Assembly: GCA_965250005.1 (NCBI GenBank) | Contig: OZ252279.1 | Span: 1,968,754-2,000,753 of the forward strand | Direction of reading: 5' to 3' | Origin: Demequinaceae bacterium | GTDB lineage: Bacteria > Actinomycetota > Actinomycetes > Actinomycetales > Demequinaceae | DNA length: 32,000 nucleotides | The notes under the pieces: generated by a model | The model's input: the letters and a program-made list of their open reading frames with translations, nothing else | The model's database searches: none | What the model was told of the DNA's origin: nothing | Part shown: positions 10,489 to 18,551 of the stretch, piece by piece | How the letters are laid out: each line of letters starts with the position of its first letter | Numbering within the stretch: position 1 is the first letter of the stretch | Translations under genes and position numbers: made by a program

Positions 10489-11946
10489 ATGGCGGTCGAA
10501 CTTGGTGCGCGCCTGGCTATCGCGACGCATAACATGCACAAGGCGCGCGAGATCATGGACATCCTCGCGGACACCGTCCCTGATCTGACTCCTCGACAAG
10601 TTGTCACATCCAAGGACGTGGGTTCAGTCGCTCCCGACGAGACCGGATCCTCGTTCGAAGAGAATGCGCTCATCAAGGCTCGCGCGCTCGCCCGTGACAC
10701 GGGATTGCTGTCAATTGCCGACGACTCCGGGCTGTGCGTCGAGGTAATGAACGGATCGCCCGGCATCTTCAGCGCGCGGTGGGCGGGAACGCTTGGCGAC
10801 GACGCGGAGAATCTCAGCCTGCTAGTCGCGCAACTCGCGGACATCCCCGTTGCGCAGCGCGGCGCAAACTTCACGTGTGCGGCAGCCGCGGTGCTTCCTG
10901 ACGGCACCGAAATCGTCAAGGTTGCGCGCGTTGAGGGAGACCTCACAACTGCCCCGCGCGGAACTGGCGGGTTTGGCTACGACCCCATTTTCATGGCCGA
11001 CGGCAAGGACGTCACCAACGCGGAGTTGTCCCCTAACGAGAAGAACGCCATGTCGCACCGGGGCCAAGCCTTCCGGGCACTCGCTGTTGAGATTGCGAAG
11101 CTCATCCCGTCCGAATCCGTGCCGATGACATCAGAAATCATGACGGTCGGCGCTGCCGCAGCGCAAGCCGCCGCGGCGGCAGCGCAAGCCGCCGCTGACG
11201 CCGCCGTAGGCGCGGCCAAAGAAGCTGCGGCTCAGGCCGCGGCCCTGTCAGGGACCAATCGGGCGCTGGCAGAAGAGGGCGGGCCCGCAGACACCGCACC
11301 AGCACCGTCGCCGCAGGGCGCGCCTGCCGAGCCGCGGGGAGTTGCCGCAACAGAAGCTCAGGCGCAGCCCGCTCCTTCTGCCGCCGTGTCGCAAGCCGTG
11401 GCGGAACCTGGGCGGGAAACATCACCTACACCGGATACCCCGCCTGAGCCTCTAGAGGGCGCTGGGTCGGAGCCCGCGCCGGGCTTCTTTGCCCCATCAG
11501 ACATCATCAAGGCTGGGCTCAACGTGCTCGTGCTCGGCCCGGTGCCGTTCACGTTTGGCGAGGAGCCCCACTACTACCCGGCCGAAGGTGACCAGTTTTG
11601 GAAGTTACTCGCGAGCGCCGGGTTTACGCGGTCACTCATAAAGTCGGACGAGGACCAAAAAGTGCTTTCCTACAGCGTCGGGCTGACGTGCGACGTAGAC
11701 GGGATCAAAGACAAAGTTGAGCGCACGCGTCCCAAGTGGCTCGCTGTCAACGGCAAGGATGTCGCGGTCGCGCTCGGAAAGAATCTCGGCCGCCCGGCTC
11801 CCGGCTTCGGCGTACCTGAATGGCAGTTGGGAACGACCAAGATCTACGTGCTCCCCGGCAGCGGAGCGGACGTGGTGGGTCCGTGGGGCTCCAAGACTTC
11901 GCGCCCAGCGTGGTGGAAGGATCTGGCCGAACTGATCCGCACGTAG
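10489..11946 (+). CDS. rdgB: RdgB/HAM1-family non-canonical purine NTP pyrophosphatase with a long Ala/Pro linker and a C-terminal Mug/TDG-like uracil-DNA-glycosylase-like domain (fusion ORF)
   Basis: N-terminal half: ATHNMHKAREI...SFEENALIKARALARDTGLLSIADDSGLCVEVMNGSPGIFSARWAG...GTGGFGYDPIF...SHRGQAF. C-terminal part: IKAGLNVLVLGPVPFTFGEEPHYYPAEGDQFWKLLASAGFT...LAVNGKDVAVALG...QLGTTKIYVLPGSGAD. Confidence 0.88.
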   Translation: MAVELGARLAIATHNMHKAREIMDILADTVPDLTPRQVVTSKDVGSVAPDETGSSFEENALIKARALARDTGLLSIADDSGLCVEVMNGSPGIFSARWAGTLGDDAENLSLLVAQLADIPVAQRGANFTCAAAAVLPDGTEIVKVARVEGDLTTAPRGTGGFGYDPIFMADGKDVTNAELSPNEKNAMSHRGQAFRALAVEIAKLIPSESVPMTSEIMTVGAAAAQAAAAAAQAAADAAVGAAKEAAAQAAALSGTNRALAEEGGPADTAPAPSPQGAPAEPRGVAATEAQAQPAPSAAVSQAVAEPGRETSPTPDTPPEPLEGAGSEPAPGFFAPSDIIKAGLNVLVLGPVPFTFGEEPHYYPAEGDQFWKLLASAGFTRSLIKSDEDQKVLSYSVGLTCDVDGIKDKVERTRPKWLAVNGKDVAVALGKNLGRPAPGFGVPEWQLGTTKIYVLPGSGADVVGPWGSKTSRPAWWKDLAELIRT

Positions 11947-11982
11947 CCTCTGGCTCTTTGGGGGTGTGGCCGTCGTACCGCA

Positions 11983-12555
11983 CTAGTGCAGTGCGCCCAC
12001 CGAAGCGAGACCTTGGCGAAGAAGCACGGCTTGACCTCCGTGCATCTCGCGCCCGATCTGGGCGCTTGCGGCCTCCTCTGGCGTGACCCAGGTGATGTCC
12101 AACGCGTCGCGAGACGGCTCGCAATCACCGTCGACGGGTACTACGAATGCCAACGACACCGCGTGCTGACGCGAGTCGTAGAATTTTGACACCCCAATGG
12201 TAGGGAAGTACTCAGCGACGGTGAACGGCTGGGGCGACGGGGGGACACGCGGCATGGCTACCGGTCCGAGGTCCTTCTCGATGTGGCGTACCAGGGCGTC
12301 GCGAATGCGCTCGTGGTACAGGACGCGCCCCGACACGAGGGCGCGAGTCATCGCGCCGTCGACCGCGCGCAACAGCAGGCCTACCTCGGTCACCTCACCG
12401 GTGGCGTTGATGCGCACGGGGATCGCATCGACGTAGACCATGGGAAGGGTCTTGCGGATGTAGTCCAACTCTTTGTCTGAGAGCCAGCCGCCAGGCTCGG
12501 GAGGTGCCTCGTCCACGTCGGTCATACCATATTTGTACCTTGTCGGTGCGCCCAA
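11983..12555 (-). CDS. DUF4916 / NUDIX-like protein
   Basis: GWLSDKELDYIRKTLPMVYVDAIPVRINATGEVTEVGLLLRAVDG...ALVSGRVLYHERIRDALVRHIEKDLGP...FTVAEYFPTIG...DSRQHAVSLAFVVPVDGDC. An alternative start is Met11, at 12525. Confidence 0.82.
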   Translation of the reverse strand: MGAPTRYKYGMTDVDEAPPEPGGWLSDKELDYIRKTLPMVYVDAIPVRINATGEVTEVGLLLRAVDGAMTRALVSGRVLYHERIRDALVRHIEKDLGPVAMPRVPPSPQPFTVAEYFPTIGVSKFYDSRQHAVSLAFVVPVDGDCEPSRDALDITWVTPEEAASAQIGREMHGGQAVLLRQGLASVGALH

Positions 12556-12656
12556 TTCACGCCCCGCGCCGGGGTATGTGAGGCTTATTGTGGAATACGT
12601 TCGTGGTAGCCCGCGTTATCGCATCCGGAAGCACGTGGCCACATGAAAGGAACAAC

Positions 12657-13028
12657 ATGGCAACCGTGGAACTCACCACAGAAACGTTTGATCAAACAGT
12701 GAGCAAGGACGGCATCGTCCTTGTGGACTTCTGGGCGGAATGGTGCGGGCCGTGTAAGCGATTCGGGCCCATCTTCGAGGAGTCGTCAGAGAAGTACGGT
12801 CAGATCACTCACGCCAAGGTTGACACCGAAGCTCACGGCGAACTGGGAGCGAAGTTTGGCGTCACGGCCATTCCTACCCTCATGGCATTTCGCGATGGCG
12901 TCATGGTCTTCAACCAGGCGGGCGCTCTTCCGGCTCCCGCACTACAGCAGGTGATCGATGCCGTCGAGGGCCTCGACATGGAAGACGTCCGCAAGCAGAT
13001 CGCGGAGCACAATTCCGACCACGCCTAG
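12657..13028 (+). CDS. trxA: Thioredoxin
   Basis: ILVDFWAEWCGPCKRFGPIFEE...VTAIPTLMAFRDG. An AAAGGAAC ribosome-binding-like sequence precedes ATG at 12657. Confidence 0.96.
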   Translation: MATVELTTETFDQTVSKDGIVLVDFWAEWCGPCKRFGPIFEESSEKYGQITHAKVDTEAHGELGAKFGVTAIPTLMAFRDGVMVFNQAGALPAPALQQVIDAVEGLDMEDVRKQIAEHNSDHA

Positions 13029-13058
13029 TGTCACATCACCTTGTCCCGGCGAGGATAA

Positions 13059-13095
13059 CGGAGGCCCCTCCTGAGTCCAGGAGGGGCCTCCGTTT
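13059..13095 (+). terminator. Rho-independent-like terminator downstream of trxA
   Basis: Perfect 14-bp stem cggaggcccctcct / aggaggggcctccg with 6-nt loop gagtcc, followed by ttt. Confidence 0.85.
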
Positions 13096-13104
13096 CGCCA
13101 GTGG

Positions 13105-13186
13105 TGCGCGAGGGGGGACTTGAACCCCCACGTCCGAAGACACTGGTACCTAAAACCAGCGCGTCTGCCAATTCCGCCACTCGCGC
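13105..13186 (-). tRNA. tRNA-Leu (anticodon TAG)
   Basis: Minus strand GCGCGAGTGGCGGAATTGGCAGACGCGCTGGTTTTAGGTACCAG...GGTTCAAGTCCCCCCTCGCGCA. Acceptor, anticodon and T arms pair; the loop reads TT-TAG-GT. Confidence 0.95.
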
Positions 13187-13237
13187 GAGTAACCCAGGAT
13201 ACGGCCTTTCGGCGGGGACCTTCGCGCGGGTGAGTCG

Positions 13238-13705
13238 CTAGGAGAGCCGGAGGTCGCGACGCAGCTTCGCCACGTGGCCCCCCGCCTTGACGTTGTACTG
13301 CGCGAGTTCGATCAGGCCTGCGGGATCGACGACGAAAGTTGAGCGAATGACACCGACCGAAATCTTCCCGTAGTTCGTTTTGTCGCCCCACGTTCCGTAT
13401 GCAGTGTGGACGGACTTGTCCGGGTCGGAGGCCAACGGAAACGTCAGGGATTCCTTCTCGCGGAATTGCGCGAGTTTCTCGGGGGAGTCAGGAGACACGC
13501 CGACGACAACGTAGCCCTCGCTCGCGAGTGAGGCAAGGGAGTCACGAAAGTCGCACGCCTGCTTGGTGCAGCCGCTCGTCATCGCGGCGGGGTAGAAGTA
13601 GATGATGACGTGCTTGCCACGGTGATCAGCGAGCGCGAAGGTTCCCTCGTCGGTGTCGAGCGTGAAGTCGGGGGCGACGTCGCCCACTGAGAGTTTTGTA
13701 GTCAT
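13238..13705 (-). CDS. bcp: Thioredoxin-dependent thiol peroxidase (peroxiredoxin, BCP family)
   Basis: LSVGDVAPDFTLDTDEGTFALADHRGKHVIIYFYPAAMTSGCTKQACDFRDSL...VVGVSPDSPEKLAQFREKESLTFPLASD. Confidence 0.94.
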   Translation of the reverse strand: MTTKLSVGDVAPDFTLDTDEGTFALADHRGKHVIIYFYPAAMTSGCTKQACDFRDSLASLASEGYVVVGVSPDSPEKLAQFREKESLTFPLASDPDKSVHTAYGTWGDKTNYGKISVGVIRSTFVVDPAGLIELAQYNVKAGGHVAKLRRDLRLS

Positions 13706-13816
13706 GTTGCTCAGAATATCCTGGTGCGTACGGTCGCCTAGTCCAAAGCGGGGGCGGTGCCGTTGCGGTCAGACCCTGGTGTCGGTACCGTCAGAACCAC
13801 CGAGGGGCGGTGTTCG

Positions 13817-16800
13817 ATGGCGAACCAAGCGCGCGGGGGATCCGCAGCCGTGAGTTGTCCGCTGTGCGGAGACATGGTCGACCGGTCGCTCGAATCCCGT
13901 TGCGCCTCATGCGGAATGGACGCGAGCGACCCGGCCGTGGATCAGGTACTTCAGGCGGATGCGGACTGGCAGGCTTATCAGCAGCAATATGACTCGCTGC
14001 TTCGCGATTGGGACGGTCTCAAGGTTCGGCGCGAAACGCTGATCACTCACCTGCTGGCGACGCGAGTCATGCCGGGCGCAACGTCCGCCGTAGCCGCGCC
14101 CGCTGAGGCGCCAGGTCATGCCGCTGCTCTGGCTGTTCCGGCTTCCGCTGCCGTCGGTGCGGCATCCGCAACGGCCGCTGCGTCTCCCCCTCCCTCCTGG
14201 TCCGACGCTCCGGCGCCGACCGCTAGGCGGCCCAAGCCTGTGCGCGCTACACCGCGCAAACTCACCGCACCCAACTTGCTGGGTGTCTCTGGAGCCGCAC
14301 TGCTGATTGCGGCGGCCTTGGTCTTTATCGCCATCACGTGGGCCACCATCTCGCCTGTTTTGCAGGCGCTCGCGATTCTGGCAGTAGCGGCAGGCACAGC
14401 GACACTGTCGCGCTGGCTCACACGGCAAGACTTGCCCGTTTCTGGCGGTGCTGTCGGCGTGGTCGCCATGACATTCGCCGGGGTCTCCGTCATTGGGTTC
14501 GACCGCGGTACTGACCTTTTTGGCTCCTATGTGGCCCCAGCGGCAATGGCGATCACTACGCTCGCCGGTATTGTCATGTCGCGGCAAGGCATCCGGTGGG
14601 TGGGATCCACGGCGGCGGCGTCCCTCATGGGCATCGGGGTCGGTTTCACTTTCGCGAGTTCGGACGTGCTGTCTTTCACTCACGCGGCGCAATGGGCGGT
14701 TACCGGGGCATTGACGTCGCTTGCAGTGCTGGCGAGTTACCAGATATGGAGGACTGACGCTCAGCGCGCGGTGGTGAAGTACGGAGCGGTTGGGTGGATC
14801 TCTGCTACCGCGATTCCCGCAGTCTTCAATGGGTCCGCAGGAGCTGACCTCGCGTTGCCGACGGTCGTCGCTGCGCTCTTTTCTGTGATTCTTCTGGTGG
14901 TGCTTGCCTCGTGGTGGCCGCTCGTGACACTCGGACCCGCAACAGTTCTGTTCACCGCGCTCAGCGCGTCCTCGAGCTACTTGGCAGGAGGAACAGCCTG
15001 GCTCTATGTGGCGGGAGCCGCCATTGCCGCGGGCATTATCAGTCTCGTGGGACGACGCGTGCGTTCGGAGTGGGCGCCACCGATTTTGTGGGGCCTGTTG
15101 CCTGCCTTCGTTGCAGGGGTTATAGGGACGGTCGCGGCTGTGATCGGAGTCACGGTCAGTTTCTTGTTCTTTGGGTCGCCCGTTAATGTCGGCCAAACGA
15201 GCCTCTGGGCTGGCGCAGCCACTCTGCTTCTCGCTGCCGCTTGCGGCGCGTTCCAATGGTGGCAGCACGGCACAGGGGTCGCGAGAAGCGTTCAGGTGAT
15301 GGGCGCGATTGCCGCAACAGCAGGGGCGCCTCTGCTCGCGTACGCAATCGTCGACCTCAATTTCACGGGCCGGAGCCATGCACTCGCGCTCGGGTTGCTG
15401 TGCGCAGGGCTTGCCATCGCCGCAACGGCGATGATGTTCCGCGACTCGGCAGCGCGCTGGACCGCTGTAATCGGAGCGACGGCGTGGACGACCGTTTCGG
15501 GGTTGGTGGGAGCATACGTGCTCGCCACTAACGCCCTCCCTCTACCTGCAGGGATTGCCGTTGCGTTTGCGGCAGTGGCGATTCTTGCCGTCGCGGCGAC
15601 CCGCTTCCCGCGGGTGACTGCCGGTCCCGCGGCCTTCCTGGCCACCTACTCGGTCGGTGCGCTCATCTTGGCGGTGGGTGGAGGCCAGGCGCAAATGTGG
15701 GCTGGCGCTGCCGCCGTAGGCGCGATGCTGCTCTGGGCCACCTTTCGCTTGCCTGCAAGGTGGAGGCTCCCGGTCAGCCTGGGAGCAGTTCCGGCGGTAC
15801 TGGTCTCCGCATTTATCACCCTCGGAAGCGCGATCCGCGTGTTTGAGCGCTTCTCCGACGGGGGTAGCAGCGGTGCGATCGAGGCGGCCAGCGTGTGGCC
15901 CAGTCTCTCCGGAATCTTCGCCGCAGTCGGTTTGGCTGCGTTCGCCCGCATGGACGCGCTCACGTCCAGAGCCGCTGCCATCTCCGGAATCGGTGTAGCG
16001 ATGGTTCTGGCAGGGGCCGTGACCGGCACGTACGTGCTCGCGGGAGCGTTGGGGCTTTCCGGCGCGTCGAGCGTCGCGGTTAGCGGCGCGACCATTGCGT
16101 TGCTGGTAGCAGCCGTTGTGATGATGTGGCCGGGCAGCGGCGCGCGCTGGGGAAACGGAATTGGCGCGACTGGCCTGCTTACCATCGCGGGTCTCAACGG
16201 GGCAGCGGCTCTGGCAGATCCCGATGGGTCTCTGTGGCTCGGAATCGCGACGGTCGTTGGCCCCATCGTGGTTCTTGCCGTGTTTGCGCGGTGGTGGCCA
16301 CGCCTGACGCTTGGTCCAGCCGCGCTGCTGGCGACCGTCGGCGCCGCCTCGGGGGCAAGCCATGCGAACCTTCCGGTGGCCGCCCACGTGACGGCGGCAC
16401 TCGCGGCTGCGGCGAGCGTAGCCTGGCTTGTCACATTCCTTGCGCCTCGATTCATACGTCCGCTGCTTGTGGGGACGGTGCCCGCGGTAATTGTCGGCGG
16501 TCTGTGGGTTGCTGCCGTCGCGCTGCAGTCGATGGCGGCCACTCTGTCTGGGAGTGGTGGCGAGCTGAGTCAGCGAGATGCCACGTGGGCACTCGCGGCA
16601 GCTTTGCTTTTGGTGATCGCGATGGCGAGTAGCAGACGGCTAGCCCAGTTCGGCCAACTCGCGGCGGCGGCGGCACTCGTGGGCAGCGTGGCGGTCCTCG
16701 GCGCCGCAGTGGTTGGTACGGCCCTACTCGCGCCCACGTGGGACGGCGCTAACATCCCCATGGCTGCCGCGGCGCTCGCGTGCACCATCGGTGCGGCAAT

Positions 16801-18346
16801 AGCCATCCCGGTATGGCGTGAGCGGCCCATGCGGTACGTCTCAGGAATCGGCCTGGTCGCCTGGCTGACTGCGACGCAGGCACGGGGACTCTTCGACCTC
16901 TACTGGAGCCCCGAGACATGGCGGGTGGGGTTATCCGTCGCTGCGATCGCGATCGCCCTCCTCGTGACATTTGGTCGTTGGTGGCCCCGGGTCACGCTAG
17001 CATCCGCCGCGTTTCTGTTCACCGCGGCGGCGCTTGCGGGCCTTGGCCACTGGGCGGCGCCCGAGGCGTCGCTCCTCATGCTTTCAGGCGCCGTTGTCGG
17101 CGTGGCGTGGATCGCGGCGGCCGTCACGCGCGGTCGCAGGCTGCCGCTCATCTACGGCGTGGCGCCCGCAAGTGTGGCAGTCGCCGCCGTTCTCGCCTGG
17201 AACCTTCCCGTGAGCCTCGCGAATGCTGTGGGCCTGCTCGACTCAAGGTTTGAGCGCATCGAGTACTGGACGGCGGCGCTAGCGGTGGCGGGCGCGGCAG
17301 CGGTCTTCGCATGGAAGCCCGCGCGCGAGCGAGCCGGCTGGGTGGCGTTGCCGTTCGCGGCTGTCGCTGCCGCGCACGTTCCTCAGTACGCCGCATGGAT
17401 GGGACTCGCCGCGCTTGGCGCCATCGCTGTTATCTTCCGTCAGCGCCTGCGCACACCGCCAGAGGCTGTACTCATCTACGTGGTCGGTTCGCTCACCTAC
17501 ACGCGAGCGCCGCGTGACCTCGCGATAGCAGCACTCATTGGGTTCGCGCTCGCGCTCTGGACCGCCGCGCACGTCGAGGGCAATCGCAAGCAGGGCGCGC
17601 TGGCGCTTGTGCCGGCATTTGCCGCCGCGGCGGCGGCAGGCGGGGCCGCGACGTTCGGCGCGACCCAGGCGTTCATTGCGCTCGCGGGGCTTGTAGCCGC
17701 CATGGCGGGCGCGGTGCTGCTCGCGCGCTCCAGGCTCGCGCCGCTCCCGATCGTCACACGCTCCGTGGTGGCTGCCACCGCGCTCGGGATCCCTCCGCTC
17801 GCCGGCAGCCTCTCGGCCATCGGGATGCTCATGCTTGTATCCGGCGCCGCGATGCTCACCATGGCCGTACTCGGTTGGCGTCCCGCTCGTTTCCTCACCG
17901 CGCTCGCCTTCTCCCTGGGCTCGGCGCTCATCTTCGCTGATGCTGGCGTCACCGTGATCGAGGCCTATTCCGGCGTGCCAGCCCTCACCACGCTTGGCGT
18001 GGGGCTGTGGTGGCTGTCGGACGACGCTCGCATGCGCACCTTCGCGGCGCTGTCTCCGGGTTTGGGCCTGCTGGTGCTGCCCAGCGTTGTCGCGCTCGCC
18101 TTGGACGTGAACCATGTCGCACGCACGCTCGCGATGACGGGAGGAATCCTCTTGCTGGCGTGGTGGGGAGTGAAAGCACGCTGGTTTGCTCCGGTCATCG
18201 CAGCGGCTGTTGGCGCAGCGAGCGTGTCCGTCACTCAAGTGATTGGCAGCTCCACTGTGGTGCCAATCTGGATTTCGCTCGGCACGGTTGGCGCACTGCT
18301 CGTTACGCTCGCTGCGACATACGAGAAACTCAAGGATCTGCGTTGA
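13817..18346 (+). CDS. Very large (about 1509 aa) polytopic membrane protein with N-terminal Cys4 zinc-ribbon-like module
   Basis: N-terminus CPLCGDMVDRSLESRCASCG, a short helical segment, an Ala/Pro linker, then dozens of hydrophobic segments to the C-terminus. Single uninterrupted ORF; start taken as ATG 13817. Confidence 0.85.
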   Translation: MANQARGGSAAVSCPLCGDMVDRSLESRCASCGMDASDPAVDQVLQADADWQAYQQQYDSLLRDWDGLKVRRETLITHLLATRVMPGATSAVAAPAEAPGHAAALAVPASAAVGAASATAAASPPPSWSDAPAPTARRPKPVRATPRKLTAPNLLGVSGAALLIAAALVFIAITWATISPVLQALAILAVAAGTATLSRWLTRQDLPVSGGAVGVVAMTFAGVSVIGFDRGTDLFGSYVAPAAMAITTLAGIVMSRQGIRWVGSTAAASLMGIGVGFTFASSDVLSFTHAAQWAVTGALTSLAVLASYQIWRTDAQRAVVKYGAVGWISATAIPAVFNGSAGADLALPTVVAALFSVILLVVLASWWPLVTLGPATVLFTALSASSSYLAGGTAWLYVAGAAIAAGIISLVGRRVRSEWAPPILWGLLPAFVAGVIGTVAAVIGVTVSFLFFGSPVNVGQTSLWAGAATLLLAAACGAFQWWQHGTGVARSVQVMGAIAATAGAPLLAYAIVDLNFTGRSHALALGLLCAGLAIAATAMMFRDSAARWTAVIGATAWTTVSGLVGAYVLATNALPLPAGIAVAFAAVAILAVAATRFPRVTAGPAAFLATYSVGALILAVGGGQAQMWAGAAAVGAMLLWATFRLPARWRLPVSLGAVPAVLVSAFITLGSAIRVFERFSDGGSSGAIEAASVWPSLSGIFAAVGLAAFARMDALTSRAAAISGIGVAMVLAGAVTGTYVLAGALGLSGASSVAVSGATIALLVAAVVMMWPGSGARWGNGIGATGLLTIAGLNGAAALADPDGSLWLGIATVVGPIVVLAVFARWWPRLTLGPAALLATVGAASGASHANLPVAAHVTAALAAAASVAWLVTFLAPRFIRPLLVGTVPAVIVGGLWVAAVALQSMAATLSGSGGELSQRDATWALAAALLLVIAMASSRRLAQFGQLAAAAALVGSVAVLGAAVVGTALLAPTWDGANIPMAAAALACTIGAAIAIPVWRERPMRYVSGIGLVAWLTATQARGLFDLYWSPETWRVGLSVAAIAIALLVTFGRWWPRVTLASAAFLFTAAALAGLGHWAAPEASLLMLSGAVVGVAWIAAAVTRGRRLPLIYGVAPASVAVAAVLAWNLPVSLANAVGLLDSRFERIEYWTAALAVAGAAAVFAWKPARERAGWVALPFAAVAAAHVPQYAAWMGLAALGAIAVIFRQRLRTPPEAVLIYVVGSLTYTRAPRDLAIAALIGFALALWTAAHVEGNRKQGALALVPAFAAAAAAGGAATFGATQAFIALAGLVAAMAGAVLLARSRLAPLPIVTRSVVAATALGIPPLAGSLSAIGMLMLVSGAAMLTMAVLGWRPARFLTALAFSLGSALIFADAGVTVIEAYSGVPALTTLGVGLWWLSDDARMRTFAALSPGLGLLVLPSVVALALDVNHVARTLAMTGGILLLAWWGVKARWFAPVIAAAVGAASVSVTQVIGSSTVVPIWISLGTVGALLVTLAATYEKLKDLR

Positions 18347-18398
18347 TGGGCAGCTGAGTTTCGGTGTCAGGGGAGAGCCTGGTAAAGTTGCTGGCCGC

Positions 18399-18474
18399 GC
18401 GCCTCTAGCTCAATTGGTAGAGCATCTGACTCTTAATCAGAGGGTTCAGGGTTCGAGTCCCTGGGGGCGTACCA
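18399..18474 (+). tRNA. tRNA-Lys (anticodon CTT), CCA encoded
   Basis: GCGCCTCTAGCTCAATTGGTAGAGCATCTGACTCTTAATCAGAGGGTTCAGGGTTCGAGTCCCTGGGGGCGTACCA. All arms pair; the loop reads CT-CTT-AA. Confidence 0.95.
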
Positions 18475-18477
18475 ACA

Positions 18478-18511
18478 GCGAAGGCCCGGTCCAATTGGAC
18501 CGGGCCTTCGC
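18478..18511. terminator. Perfect hairpin downstream of tRNA-Lys and downstream of the opposing SBP gene
   Basis: 34-nt perfect palindrome gcgaaggcccggtccaattggaccgggccttcgc. No strong T tract on the plus side. Confidence 0.7.
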
Positions 18512-18551
18512 CATTCTGAGGGCGGGTGCCCTCAACAATTCGAGACGAGCG

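Noticed and set aside
13907-18238. Several long opposite-strand ORFs (490, 298, 281, 319 aa) antisense to the large membrane protein
   Set aside because: GC-rich shadow ORFs. They are low-complexity and Arg/Gly/Pro-rich, with no motifs.
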